64,000 nucleotides of DNA from the human T2T-CHM13v2.0 reference genome, Homo sapiens, in the NCBI RefSeq assembly GCF_009914755.1, contig NC_060927.1. One strand, 5' to 3'. Below are positions 30,266-46,780 of the stretch, in pieces (the first letter of the stretch is position 1; every line of letters starts with the position of its first letter). The notes under the pieces are model-generated. The model ran no database searches. It was not told the DNA's origin and saw only the letters and a program-made list of their open reading frames with translations. A program made the translations under genes and the position numbers.

Positions 30266-31639
30266 AGACTACTAGAAACAGTTTTACATGCAAGGTGTGT
30301 AAGAACAATAGAATGTTTCTGTGTGTTTTTTAAGGTTATAAAGTGTTTTTGCTTCTTTAAAATTTCTGAGTTATCATTTTGGGAAAATAAATAATTTATG
30401 GTATTCTGGAATTCCAAAATCAAAATTGGCTTTCCTAATGCCTGGCTTTCTGGATGAATCACAGTGCTCTTGAAAACACCCAGAAAAGAGGTCAACAGGA
30501 TTATCTGACATGTTTAGATACATGGGATTGCCAAAAGGATGTTTCATCTTCTTTTGGTTATATATTTGTGAATACTACTAATATATATTCCTAAATTGTA
30601 TGGGATTCCTAAAATTCTAATGCCTAACTATATTCTATCAATTATAATTATGATTGTTATGTTATGTTATTGTAAACCACAATAATAACCAAATTTCTTT
30701 TCAGTGCTATGCACTTAATTTGGAAAAACAACTGGTATCCAAGAGGATATAAGTTTAATGTTTAAGCATGGACTCATGAAGAAACAGGATAACCACCTTG
30801 TCCTTCCTGAGTCCTTAAAGCTTTTATTATTAAAAGTTCTGCATTCCATGACTCATGGAAAATATATAATGATCCAAATTCAATACATTGGTGTAGTGAT
30901 GTACAAATTACTGAAATAGTTTATAACCAATGCTTGATCCCCTATTCCTGGGAAAACAATTAAAGCTTCAAGTACATTTAGTCACTTATATGGTGGGCCA
31001 TATAAGAATTTTATAAAGGAATTTCATTCAATTGTTATTTTCAATGTATATTTTCTGGTTATATAAAAGCTTTCCCATGCCAGAGGGCTGATGTTATAAC
31101 AGTAGGTTATTATGCTACAGTGTATTTTCACCAGGTAAAAACCTTTTTATGGTTTGGATCTTCTGAGAATATTGGAGAAAGACTGTCCTTGCCATCCACA
31201 CTATAGCAAAACTTCAGGACTTTGGGCTTTCAGTTCTTGATGTCACAACTGAGAAAGGTCCCTCCACACTTTTGGAACTGTGCATCCAGTGGAACCCTTG
31301 AGGTAAAGCTAACCAGAGAAATTTCTCCCAAAAAGAAGATAGCATCCTTGATGTGAACAGCTTTTCCCAAGTTCACAGATTAAGAATTCTACTGTCATGA
31401 AACTCTTATCTTTGAATGTTTTTTCTTGCTTATACCTCCATGAACTATAGAAGTGGAAAAGGTGCCTGTTATGTACACTTATGGGGTATGCTTTTATTTG
31501 TGAAGGAGTTTGCCGCCAGCCTTATACATGGATAATCTTATACTTTGAAAGATAAAGGATAAAGGCCCAATGTAAGTAAGAAACTGTAATGGTACATGTT
31601 TCATAGTACATGGCTCATAGTCGGTAGAAAACAAAACAT

Positions 31640-32168
31640 TGGTTCACTCCTCTTAACCCACATCATGGGTTAAAGAGAACACTGCCAGAAGGCCTTCCCT
31701 CTTCTAAAAGGACATCATTTGTTAGGTCCTTTTTGCATGGTTTAAATTAAAGGAAGCAAGGATTAGAAATGTATCCTTCATGATAGGTTCCATAGCAAAT
31801 TCTACTGTAAAGGCTACAGTTACACAACAGACTTTAAATTCTCTTGTGAAAGTAATGCTAAATAATAGAATTGGCTAAACAAAGAAGTATCTGTGCAGCT
31901 GCTGGCACTTGTGGCTTATGGATAAATACATCACATGAAGATTATAAAAATTTAATGGTAGGGGATTAATGAAGAAATTGCTTAGTCAAGTGAGTAAACT
32001 CTTTATCTAGCTCATTCTTTGATCTATTTGATTTTAGGAGGTTTGGTTTATGGGAACCCTGGGTAAGAAGCATACTCCAAACTCTTGGTATTATCCTCCC
32101 AATAGTCATAATAATAGTCTCCCTGGTGCACTGTACTTTCTTAAAGGCTTTAAGTGCTTGCATGTAGC
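31640..32168 (+). pseudogene. Degenerate retroviral env (SU/TM junction and TM)
   Basis: My manual translation across frameshifts: ...GLKRTLPEG... / IRNVSFMIGSIANSTVKATVTQQTLNSLVKVMLNNRI / AKQRSICAAAGTCGLWINTS / hydrophobic ILQTLGIILPIVIIIVSLVHC. Confidence 0.78.
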
Positions 32169-32995
32169 CATCTCTAGAATGTCATATGGTCTCTCTTCAA
32201 CTGGAATAACAGGAGCTGAAAGAAATGTGCAACCATGAGGACACCATAAGCTATAAATGACACGCTGAGACAGGAAGTCCAAAATGATGGTAACTGACAG
32301 TGGCAATAAGGCACTAAGTTTTGGTCACACTCTCACCTGAGTGAGAACCTGACCAAAAAGGGGGAATTTATAATTTATTTAACAAAATTCTGGGAGGCCA
32401 TTGTTTTGTACTAAGCTCATGCACTAGGCCCCAAATAACCAAACGAAACAAAAATGGAGTCGCTTGTGCTAAGAATTAAAGGAAATACTTAGATTCTAGA
32501 ACAGACCGGGTTTTGTTTTTTCTCCCGCAAATCTCTATTACAAATATTCCTGACAGCATAGGTATCCACCCCCTGAAGTTCTCATTAAATCTTTTAACCA
32601 AATTTATTTCCTGTCACCTGGAGACCATCAAGCTTCAGATGATCATGCAACAAAGGCTCCAGCCAGTTTTCTAGCAGGGAATTCTCACCAAAATGAAAAT
32701 TTTGAAATGACAGAGAAATAATTCAAAATATGGATTGCAAGTAAGCACAATGAAATCCAAGAGACAGCTGAAAATTAACACAAATAAATCAGAAAAAATG
32801 ATTCAGTATATGAAAGATGAGATAGATATAATTTTTAATACAACTTCTGGAATTAAGAGAATCACTAAAATAATTTGAAAATGCAATTGAAAGCTATAAT
32901 AATAAACTAGACCAAGCAGAAGAAAGAATTTCAAAGCCTGCAGACTGGTCTTTCAAATTAACCCAGTCAGACAAAAATTTTAAAAAATAATTTCT

Positions 32996-34229
32996 TTTTT
33001 TATTATTATTATACTTTAAGTTCTAGAGTACATGTGCACAGTGTGCAGGTTTGTTACATAGGTATACATGTGCCATGTTGGTTTGCTGCACCCATCAACT
33101 TGTCATTTACATTAGGTATTTCTCCTAATGCTATCCCTCCCCCAGCTCCCCATGCCCAGACAGGCCCTGGTGTGTGATGTTCCCCTCCTTGTGTCCATGT
33201 GTTCTTATTGTTCAGCTCCCACCTATGAGTGACAACATGCAGTGTTTGGTTTTCTGTCCTTGTGGATAGTTTGCTTAGAATGATGGTTTCCAGCCTTATC
33301 CATGTCCCTGCAAAGGACATGAACTCATCCTTTTTTATGGCTGCATAGTATTCCATGGTGTACATGTGCCACATTTTCTTTATTCAGTCTATCACTGATG
33401 GACATTTGGGTTGGTTCCAAGTTTTTGCTATTGTGAATAGTGCCACAATAGACATACGTGTGCATTTGTCTTTATAATAGCATGATTTACAATCCTTTGA
33501 GTATATACTCAGTAATGGGATTGCTGGGTCAAATAGTATTTCCAGTTCTAGATCCTTGAGGTATCACCACACTGTCTTCCACAATGGTTGAACTAATTTA
33601 CACTCCCACAAACAGTGTAAAAACATTCCTATTTTTCCACATCCCTCCAGCATCTGTTGTTTCCTGACTTTTTAATGATTGCCATTCTAACTGGTGTGAG
33701 ATGGTATCTCATTGTGGTTTTGATTTGCATTTCTCTTGATGACCAGTGATGATGAGTATTTTTTCATATGTTTGTTGGCTGCATAAATATCTTCTTTTGA
33801 AAAGTGTCTGTTCATATCCTTTGCCCACTTTTTGACGGTGTTGTTTCTTTTTTTCTTGTAAATTTGTTTAAGTTCTTTGTAGATTCTGGCTATTAGCCCT
33901 TTGTCAGATGGGTAGGTTGCAAAAATTTTCTCCAATTCTGTAGGTTTTGTCTTCACTCTGATGGTAGTTTCTTTTGCTGTGCAGAAGCTCTTTAGTTTAA
34001 TTAGATCCTATTTGTTAATTTTGACTTTTATTGCCATTGCTTTTGGTGTTTTAGTCACGAAGTCTTCCCATGCCTATGTCCTGAATGGTACTGCCTAGGT
34101 TTTCTTCTAGGGTTTTTATGGTTTTAGGTCTTACATTTAAGTCTTTAATCCATCTTGAGTTAATTTTTGTATACAGTGTGAGGAAGGGATCCAGTTTCCT
34201 ACATAGGGCTAGCCAGTTTTCCCAGCACC
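32996..34229 (-). mobile_element. 5'-truncated L1PA (about L1PA6)
   Basis: Antisense 3'UTR 'ttatactttaagttctag...'; TSD attttaaaaaa(t/g)aatttct at 32977-32995 and 34230-34248. Confidence 0.95.
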
Positions 34230-35052
34230 ATTTTAAAAAAGAATTTCTAAAAACTGAACAAAGCCTTTAAGAAATATGAGATTATGTAAAGTGACCAAAT
34301 CTATGACTTACTGGCATTCCTGAGAGAGAAGAGGAAAATATAAGCAGTTTGGATAACATATTTGAGGGAATCATTTCGGAAAACTTTTCTTATGTTGCTA
34401 AAGAGGTAGACATTCAGATATAAGAAATTCAGAAAAAACCTGCAAGATACCATTCAAGACAAACATCACCAAGGCATATAGTCATAAGGCTGCCAAATAA
34501 GCCTAATAAACAAAAGAGAAATAAAGACATTCCCAGACAAACAAATGCCAGTGGAATTCATCACCACTAGGCCAGTCCAGCAAGAAGTGCTCAAAGGAGT
34601 TCTAAACATGGAGATCAAAGGATGATACTTGTTACCAAAAAAGCATATATGAGTCTCAATTTCACGGATTTTATAAAGCAATCACACAATTAAGATTATG
34701 AAACAACTAGCTAACAGCACTATGGCAGAAACAAAACCTCACATCTCAATATAAATGTTGTTTGCAAGTGACCTAAATACTCCAGTTAAAAGAAATTGAT
34801 TGGAAAATTGAATAAAACAAGATCTAACCATCTGTTGCCTACAAGAGACCCACCTAACATGTAAAGACACCAACAGGCTCAAAGTAGGGGGTAGAGAAAA
34901 ATAGATCATACAGAAGGACAACAAAAAAGAAGAGAGGTTGCTATTCTTATATCAGATAAAGCAGACTTTAAACCAACAATAGTAAAAAAAAAATACAAAA
35001 AATGAGTTATGTAATGATAAAGGGTTCAATTCAACAAGATTTAACTATTTTG

Positions 35053-35331
35053 GGCCAGATGTGGTGGCTCATGCCTGTAATCCCAGCACTTTGGGAGGCC
35101 TAGGATGGAGGATCACTTGAGACCAGGAGCTCAAAACCTTCTCTCTACAAAAAAATAAAAAATTAGTCATGTGTGGTGGTGCATGTTTGTAGTCCCAGCT
35201 ACAAAGGAGGTTGAGGTGGGAGGATCCCTTGAGCCCAGAGGCAGAGATTGTAGTGAGCCAAAATCACACCACTGCATTCCAGCTTGGGCAACAGAGTCAG
35301 ACCTTGTCTCAAAGAAAACAACAAAAAAAAA
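35053..35331 (+). mobile_element. AluJ-type SINE followed by (CA)n
   Basis: 'ggaggatcacttgagaccaggag', 'gggaggatcccttgagcccag'; TSD atttaactatt; (CA)n at about 35344-35363. Confidence 0.88.
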
Positions 35332-38024
35332 TTTAACTATTATACACACACACACACACACACCAAACACTGGAGCACCCAGATTTAGAAAGCAAATACT
35401 ACCAGGCCAAGAAAAACTGTGAACAGATATATAATATGAGTGGGAGTCTCACATACCCCTAAACACCCTACTAACAGCACTAGATAGATCACTGAAGCAG
35501 AAAACTTAACCAAAAAAACCTGGACTTATATTGGACACTTGATCAAATGAACCAAATAAATCTATACAGAACATTCCACCCAGCAACTGCAGAGTATACA
35601 TTTTTCTCATCTGTGCATGGGATATTTTCTAACATTGACTGTATCCTTGGCCATATGGCAAGTCTCACTAAATTCAATAAAAAATGAAATCATATCAAGT
35701 ATCTTCTGAGATCACAAAATTACAAATCTATACCAAGAGGAACTCTGAAAACCACACAAGTGCATGGAAACTAAACAACTTGCTCCTGAATGATTTGGGG
35801 ATAAACAATGAAACTAAGAAAAAAATCAAGACATTTTTTAAAAACAAATGAAAATAGAGTCATAACATATCAACATCTCTGGAATACCACCAAAAGCAGT
35901 GTGAAGAGGAAAATTTATAGTGCTAAATGTCTATATGAAAAATATTGGAACATCTCAGATCAATAATCTAATGTCACACCTAAAGGAACTAGTAAAATAA
36001 GAACAAACCAAACTCAAAGATAGCAGACAAAAAATGAAATAACAAAGATCAGAGCAGAAGTAATTGAAATTAAGACAAAAAATATATAAAAGATCAGAGC
36101 AACAAAAAGCTGTTTTGTCAAGAACAAACAAAATTGATGGGCTGCTAGCTAGATTAACCAAAAAAGAAAAGATTCAAATATGTACAATCAGAAATGATAA
36201 AGATGACATTTCAACTGATATCATGGAAATACAAAAGATCAACAGAGACTACTATAAACATCTCTATGCACACAAACTAAAAAATCCTGGAGAAATGGGA
36301 AAATTCCTGGAAACATACTATCTCCCGAGAGTAAATTAAGAGGAAACTGAAATTTTGAAAAGACAAAAAATGAATTATAAAATTGAGTCAGTATAAAAAA
36401 TCTACCAACCAACCAAAAAAAAAATAGTCAAATTCTACAAGACTTACAAAGAAGAGCTGGTACCAATTTTACCGAAGTGATTCCAAAAAATTGAGGCATT
36501 CCTCTGAAACTCTTTCTATGAAACCAGTATCATCCTGATACAAAAATCTGGCAAAGACACAAAACATAAAATAACTACAGGCCATTATCCCTGAAAAACA
36601 AACACACAAAAATCCTCAATAAAATATTAGCAAACCAAATCCAACAACACATCAAAGGTAATTTATCACTGTCAAAATGACTCAACATATCAATAAATGT
36701 GATTCACCACATAAACAGAATTAAGAATAAAAATTATATTATTATCTCAATAGATGCAGAAAGATCATTCAATAAAAATCAACATCTCTTATGATAAAAA
36801 CCCTCAACAAACAAGGCATCAAAGGAACTACCTCAGAATAATAACAGCCATATAGAACAAATTCACAGCCAACATCATACTGAATGGGAAAAGTTGAAAG
36901 CATTTTCCCTAGGAATTTGAACTAGACAAAGATGTCTGCTGTCATCACTCCTATTCAACATACTGCTGGAAGTCCTTGCCAGAGCAATCAGCTAAGACAA
37001 AGAAATAAAAGGCATCCAAATTGAAAAAGAGGAATCTAAATTATCTCTGTTCAGTAATGACAAGATCTTATACCTAGAAAACTTTAAAGATACCAAAAGA
37101 CTCCTAGACCTGATAAACAACTTCAGTAAAGTTTCAAGGTACAAAATCTACAAAAATTAGTTCTATTTTTATATACCAAAAAGATCAAACTGAGGACCAA
37201 ATCCAAAACTCTATTCAATTTACAATAGCCACAAAAAAATAAAATACCTAGGAATACCTTTAACCAAGGAGATGAAAGACTTCTAGAGGGAGAACTATAA
37301 AACACTGATGAAATAAATTGAAGATGATACCAATAAATGAAAAAAACAACCCATACTTAAGGATAGGAAGAATCGATACTGTTAAAATGACTATAGTGCC
37401 CAAACAAATCTACAGATTCAACATAAAACTTTTCAAATTATTAACGCCATTTTTATGGAATTAGAAAAAACAATTCTAAAATTCACACAGAACCAAAAAA
37501 AGAGCCCAAATAGCCAAAGCAATACTAAGCAAAAAGAACAAAGCCAGAGGCATCACATTACCCAACTTCAAATTATACTGCAAGATTATAGTAACCAAAG
37601 TAGCATGGTAATGGTACAGAAAAACCCACAAATAGATGAATAGAAATATAACAGAATGCAGAACCCAGAAATAAAGACATGTAACTACAACCAACTGATC
37701 TTTGGCAAAGTTGACAAAAACAAACGATGGAGAAAGAACACCCTATTCAATAAATGTTTCTGGAAAATTGGTTAGTCATATGCAAAAGAATGAAGTTGGA
37801 CCTTTATATCTCACCATATACAAAAATTAACTCAAGATGGATTAAATACTCCAATGCAAGACCTGAAACTATAACAATCTTGAAAGAAAATCTAGGAAAA
37901 ACTCCTCTGGACAGTCAAAAATTTATGACTAAGACCTCAAAAATAAGTGCACCAAATATAAAAATAGACAAATGGGACTTAATTAAACCAAAGATCTTCT
38001 GCACAGCAAAAGAAACAATCAGTA

Positions 38025-38093
38025 GGCCTGAGCACAGTGGCTGATGCCTGTAATTCCAGGAATTTGCAAGGGCAAGGTGAAAAGATTGCTTGT
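38025..38093 (+). mobile_element. Truncated, diverged 5' Alu fragment
   Basis: 'ggcctgagcacagtggctgatgcctgtaattccaggaatttgcaagggcaaggtgaaaagattgcttg', then abrupt loss of Alu and L1 homology. Confidence 0.7.
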
Positions 38094-38263
38094 TGGCAGT
38101 GGCAACTCCAGAATTTATATGAAAGAATTTAAGGAGCAACGATTTAACTTAAATATAAGGCCAGAGGGATTGCTTAAAAATGACAAAAAAGACGATTTTA
38201 ATTAAATTCCATATTTATTTCGGATGGCTTGAATCAAAATTTGCTTAGAGTGTACAGTTTTTA

Positions 38264-40377
<2,114 letters not shown>

Positions 40378-40584
40378 AAGTAGAGTTTTTAACTTAGATT
40401 ATGTCTTTATTTGGTGACTTGGTGGAGACAAGGGACACAATCAAGGACTCTGTTGTTTCCACTGTGCACAAAGAATCAAGATTAGACTAACCCACGGGAG
40501 ATCACAGTAGGCCATAAATGCTGTTTCTTAAGTTGTGAAATCAGAATGTCTATCTATAAAGAAGGAGTATTATAAAAACTTGCA

Positions 40585-40797
40585 GGGACATAAAGATGAC
40601 AATAATAGACACTGGTACCTACTGGAAGGGAGAGGGAAAGAAGGAGGAAAGGGTTGAAAAACTAACTCTTGGGTACTATGCTCAGTACCTGGGTGACAGG
40701 ATCATTTGTACCCCAAATATCAGCATCACAAAATATACTCAAGTAACAAACCTGAACATGTACCTACTGAATCTAAAATAGAAGTTGAAATAAAAAA
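40585..40797 (+). mobile_element. Short L1PB/L1MA 3' end
   Basis: 'gggttgaaaaactaactcttgggtactatgctcagtacctgggtgacagg'; TSD about aaaaacttg. Confidence 0.85.
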
Positions 40798-41460
40798 CTT
40801 GTATGTGACTGGAATCTTAAGGATGTTCTTAAGCAGTTTACTTCCTGCCATCCATAATTATAGTGTCACCTATATGCCATATATAAAGGCACTGGATAGA
40901 AGTCATTTTAATACCATCAATCATGACCTTAATTGTAATTATTATGCCATCCCTGCCATCCCTGGTGCATTATTACAAACTTGTGGTCAAAAATGTCTTC
41001 ACTTGTGTAATAATTATTTAGGGGCCACTCTCTGCTTACTACACCTTGTATCATTTCATTGCATTCAGTATTCATTCAGTAAATGTTTGCTGAGTTTAAC
41101 TGAGAAGCCGAAAGTGGCTCTGCTGCTTTAAGAGGGATCACTAGTCTAGACTGGTCTAAGAAGCATTCTGGAATATACGCCATGTTCATATCTGGTTGAC
41201 ATTTAAAATGCTCTTCTTTGTTTTTTAGACCTCTTCTAAGTTACCTTCTTTATTCTTCTATATGTTACTCACCTAACAGCACAACCAAACAAGACTTCTT
41301 AATGTTTCCTACAAATGTCTCACAGTGACCTACCTTTATGCCTATGATCTAGCAACTTCTTCATTCCAGAATGTTCTTTAGAATTCTCACACCTATATCT
41401 TTCCTCTTGAAATACTACTTATCTCCCAAAAAGCTCTCAAACTGCACATCTTCCAGTATT

Positions 41461-42277
41461 AGCATGGGCAGTGCCTTACCAAGTTGAAGAGGCAGGCTCA
41501 ACCTGCCTAGTCACTGGGGTAATGTTGCCACCCTAGTGGGCCTTGAAAGCAGAGCATCTGAGTGGAAGAGGATTATTCTTGAGCCTTAAGATCACCTAGG
41601 GTACACATTACTATGTTTTGGGCCTCCTTGGGACCTTTTACCCCCTTTCTTCCATCTTATTTCTCCCTTTTGGAATGGGAATGTCTATCCTAAACCTATC
41701 CCATCAATATATTTTGGAAGCATATAACTTGTTTGGTTTCACAGTCTCACAGCTACAAAGAAGTTTTGCCTTAGGATAAATTGTACATCACATTTTACCT
41801 ACTTCTGATTTAAATGATCTTTAGATGAGATTTTGGACTTTATAGTTGATGTTGGAATGAGTTAAGACTGTTGGGATGGAATAAATATATTTTGTGTTCT
41901 ACAAAGTCATGAATTTGAGAGGTTAACAGTACAATGTCATATGCAGAATTTTTTGTCACCCAAAATTTCTGTGTTGAAATTCTAACTCCCAGTGTGATGG
42001 TATTAGGAGATGTGTCCTTTAGGAGTTAATTAGGTTTAGATGAGGTCATGAAGTTGGGTCCCCATGAATGGGATTAGTATCTTTGTAGGAAGAAATACAA
42101 GGATTGTCTTTCTCTCTCTGGACCATATGAGGATACAAACCTAAAAACTAGGAAGGGCCCTCATCAGACACTGTATCTCCTGATGCCTTGATCTTGTACT
42201 TCTCAGCTTTTAGAACTAAGAAATAAATGTTTATGGTTTAAGCTGGCCAGTCTGTCTATAGCAGCCTCAACTAACAC
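41461..42277 (+). mobile_element. MLT1A-type MaLR: 3' internal fragment (41461-41934) plus LTR (about 41935-42277)
   Basis: Internal 'gaggattattcttgagccttaagat', 'ttggaatgagttaagact'; LTR 'gttgaaattctaactcccagtgtgatggtattaggag...gccttgatcttgtacttctcagc'. Confidence 0.82.
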
Positions 42278-42609
42278 ATTTCCTGAAACGTTTTTTGTTT
42301 TCTCCTCTATTACACATAATTGGCACTTCATACCACATCCTCCTTTATGCCTTTTCTATTGACTTATGTAATTTTCTGCCCCGTATTTCAGTAGCTTTTT
42401 ATTCTTAGTTTTCTCTCTTTTTTAAACTGTACTCTTTTTGAGGAAAAAGGACAGATACTATCCAACCCTTTGGTTAGTATTATTTGTAATTAACTGTTAA
42501 GTTTTTTTAATTTTTTAAATTTTTTTTAGTTAACTGCTTATTTGCCAAAATTGTATTTCCCTGGGTTGCATATACATAGATAATTATTGCAACTGGTACT
42601 ATGGTATAC

Positions 42610-42750
42610 TGTAAAGCAGCATAAATACCACCTGCCAGCTTGTTAGAAATGTAGAATCTCAGGCCCCATTCTAGATTCACTGTATCAGAATCTACATTTT
42701 TGAAAGATCCCGGGTGACTTATATGCACCATAAAGTTTGAGAAACACTGT
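42610..42750. mobile_element. MER5A MITE
   Basis: 'ttgttagaaatgtagaatctcaggcccc...tcagaatctacattttt...aagtttgagaaacactg'. Confidence 0.82.
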
Positions 42751-44347
42751 ATACGTTCATGTATTAGTATCAAGATGGCTGAGTGTGAATCTAGGCCTCA
42801 CTGTTTGCTAGCTAAGCCTCACTAGACACATTAAAAAGGTTCAGTAGTTTCAATCCTGAGTGACCAATAGAAACATCGTAATAGAGAAGGCACACAATAA
42901 TCAGCAAGAGGAAATTTATTTAAACAAAGATATCGGCATTCTAATGACACAAAAAGAAGACTCATTCAGTATTAGATACTATATTAAAGCACATTCTGAA
43001 TCACTATGTCCTTTACTGCAATATGAAAAAGGTTGATATCAGGGTATTCTACTCAAAATTGTAAATAGAAGTCATGGAAGTCTGTAGAAGATGTCTATAA
43101 CAGGAAGATATTTTCATAGAAAAAAAGGATGGATTGTAGGAAAACAGATTGTCAAATGGCAGAAATATTAGAAGATTATTGCAGTAGTAAAATGAGAATT
43201 ATACTGGTCTCAAAAAAGCAGTATCATTAGGAGTGCAATGAGATTTAAAATACTTTGAAAAATGAGCATCAATGAACTGTGGAGGTTGGTTAGCGGTAAA
43301 AAGAAGAGAACTGAGGAAAACTGAAAATGACTGAGCTATGGGGTCTTAGAATTCACAAGCCCAATTCAATCTGTACCATTGGACAGTCACAAATTCTGTA
43401 TCCTTACTACTTGTCATTATTAAATCTACTGTAACAAAATGAAATTGACATATGAGGAATGAGAACTTTCCCTTTATTCTATTTACTTTATTTGGGAGAT
43501 GGTGTGGTTGGTAGAAATTTGCAATAGAAAAAGTCCATGTTCAAGGTCTGTCAGAACCCTAGAAAACGAATATATACATTTCTTCCAAGGAAAGCATTTT
43601 GATTGGTAATAGAATTATTTTAGATACATATGTGCATATAAGGTTGTGAAGAATCTAAATAAATGAAAATAATAGCATATTATAATCAATATCTGTCAAC
43701 CAATTTTCTCCATATATTTATAATTCTTTGCATTTTGTAGTACAATTAAATTAGCATTGCACTAAATGTCTTAAAATTTGGAAACCATAAATACTTTAGA
43801 CATAAGATTTGAAAATAAATGTGACTTTACTATTCTATGTAGTTTATTCACTTATAAAGAGCTATCTTTTCTGTGATTTCATTTGTAAAATGAAATTTGT
43901 GGTTCATTTAAATTTGGTAGATGTAGATACACTGGGTTAATTGAAGAGAAAAATAATTTTAAAAACATATTTTCAAATATATGCATAATTTCATACCTGT
44001 TCTTGATTTTATCTCATGTAAGCAATTTAAACAAGGTTTAAAGAAAAAATATATTTTAGGAGCTGTAACACTCTAACTTTCTGCTATAATTTATCACTGT
44101 AAAAATCATTTCTATAATTATGCAGTCTTGCTTGCATTACTTGATAATTAGCTTTAATTATACTTTCAGCCAATTACTCAAAATGTGACCTTTTCTAACA
44201 AAAGTCAGGCAAGAAGAATGTAGGTGAGGCACAGAAACGACACAGTACACAATAAGCAAATTGGTGATAGTAATTTTTCATTTTTTGCTTATCTACTCAA
44301 CACTTCGGCAATCCATTACTAGTTAACGTTTTCTCTTATCAATTTTT

Positions 44348-44653
<306 letters not shown>

Positions 44654-46179
44654 TCTCTTATCAATTTTTATGAAATCATTACCTTTACTACAGAATTCCT
44701 TGACAAACTAGAATATCCAAATGTTATTTAACCTTTAAATGGATTTTGATAAACTGGAATGTACTAAGTCTATAGCTGTCATGTAGTCAAGCCTTCATTT
44801 ATTATCATATATTTGAAAAAATATATTCCATAAAGAAAACTTTGAGTTATATTATCTGTATATAAAAAGTCTTTCATTTTTAAAAATTTGCTAATGCTAC
44901 TCTTTCTTAGAGAAAGTTTTATCAGCTACATTAACTTCTACAGTATATAAATTTAGCACAAGTCAGTAAATGGGGCATGAGGAACTGAAAATGCCAATAC
45001 CTTGTTTTTGTCTTTTTTGATAGGTGAATCACCCATAGTCTATAGCTATTGAAGCCTGAAATTCATCCTCACCAAGATTTGAGAATAATTAAATATTATG
45101 TGATTTCATATATTTGGGGGGAGATTTTAAAACACACCATCTGTTAAACAGTAGAATGTGAGAAACTGAAATCCATGTAACACTTGTTTAAAACAATCTT
45201 TATTTTTACTGGCAACAAGTATAAGTGAAAAATGTAAATCATTAATAATCTTTACAATATAGGTCCTCTCAGCGTTTTATATGACTCTTTTTACATAGTT
45301 GTAATTATACTTTATTATCCATTTTATTTCATAGTTTTACAACAAAAAAACCCATAAGTATTCAATATTATTTTCAAAATCTTTCATAAAAGTATTTTAA
45401 TGACTGCATAATAGTCCATGCTATGTGCATGTTCATTTATCTTAACTATTAACATAATAATTTAACTTAATTATAAGTGACTAAGGTTTTCAAGATATAT
45501 TGCATCTTTGGACTCCACAAATTCTGCTTTACGATGATATTTACTAATCAAGTCTACTTGCTTCTATGCAAGATACCTGAAGGGGAGATTCTCAAAGTCT
45601 TAAAGACACATTGCTGAACATTTAAACTGCTTCTAATGCTGCGAATATCAGGTAAATAAATAAAATTTTGTTTGAATTTTATACAATTTTATTACTTGTT
45701 TAGTACCTTTATAGATTTGGTCACTTTGTTGATGTAAGGAATTAACAGCAGTATGTAAAAGTTGATATTTTCAATAAAATTAGCATATTAGCTTTTCTTA
45801 GACGGTGTGGAAAAATATGAAAAAGTATGGAAAATCTTTGCTTAAACCCCCAATTCTCTTTGATTTCCTTTCAGACTTTCAGAACTCTTACTTTGATGTT
45901 CTTGATTCCCCACTATACAGTATTTCAAGTCCCCTGAGGTTAGGGATCATATATTAACATTCTGGAATTCCACAATTTCTCACACGACATTCTCTACATT
46001 TGGATCTCAAATTTTAATAGTGATGAATATGATAATAATGATATAAAAACAAAGGGGGAGGAATGGTAATCTTTTAAATACGAGTGGTCAGATAAGGATT
46101 AGTTTTAATTTCATATTTAGTGCCATAGATACTCTCTTAAAAGCTCTCCATTCCCCTTGCATAATGTACTTATTGACGC

Positions 46180-46780
46180 ATACAGCTCACAGAGCACTGA
46201 GCTTGTCGTCAACTCTAGCCCACCCTCCTATGTCTGCTTCATTGGTTATGTGTTTAATAGAAGTCAGTTATGTTTGAGCTGATAGTATTTATTTCAAATG
46301 GCCTTGTTACTGAATTTATATACCATTAATTAACTATTTAACAACCCAGTGGACTATGAGTGCAGAAATAAAATTTTTGTTTTCATGAGAGTTCAATACC
46401 TTGATACAACTAGATAAAGGCCAAAGGCTTTAAAAAATGTTGTGGATTTAGACATAATCCAGATACCATGTAAGGTTAGAAAAAAATAGTCTTTCTAGTC
46501 CAGAAGAACCCTGAACTCAGATTACTTAAAATGTGTTTTTTTAAATTGTAGCTGCTATTCAAAAAAAAACTGAAACAAGAAATTATAGATAATTCAAACG
46601 GGTTGGGATTTATTCAAGAAGGATGTTGGAGACCTCCAATCAGCATATCCATTCTATAAACAGAAACATCTGTATTTCCACAATGTTTTAGGATTAAATG
46701 AAAAAAATATTTAAGGTATGAATGTATCTTTTTTATGGTTTCATATTTTATACTACTTTTTTAGAAAATAAAACCAAAAG
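46180..46780. mobile_element. Possible ancient Tigger/pogo-type DNA transposon fragment
   Basis: Vague similarity to CENP-B-type HTH coding remnants ('actagataaaggc', 'ctccaatcagcatatccattct'); weak. Confidence 0.35.

Larger units (their letters stand above)
32670..38023 (+). mobile_element. Continuation of the old host L1 (ORF1 and ORF2 to about KWDLIK), interrupted by an antisense L1PA and an AluJ
   Basis: ORF1-like 'agaccaagcagaagaaagaatttca'; ORF2 pieces 36064-36339 and 37754-38044 ([13 protein letters not shown]...KWDLIK). Confidence 0.9.

Noticed and set aside
40706-41131. 141-aa ORF
   Set aside because: Starts in an L1 3'UTR and ends in an L2 remnant; no domain or splice support
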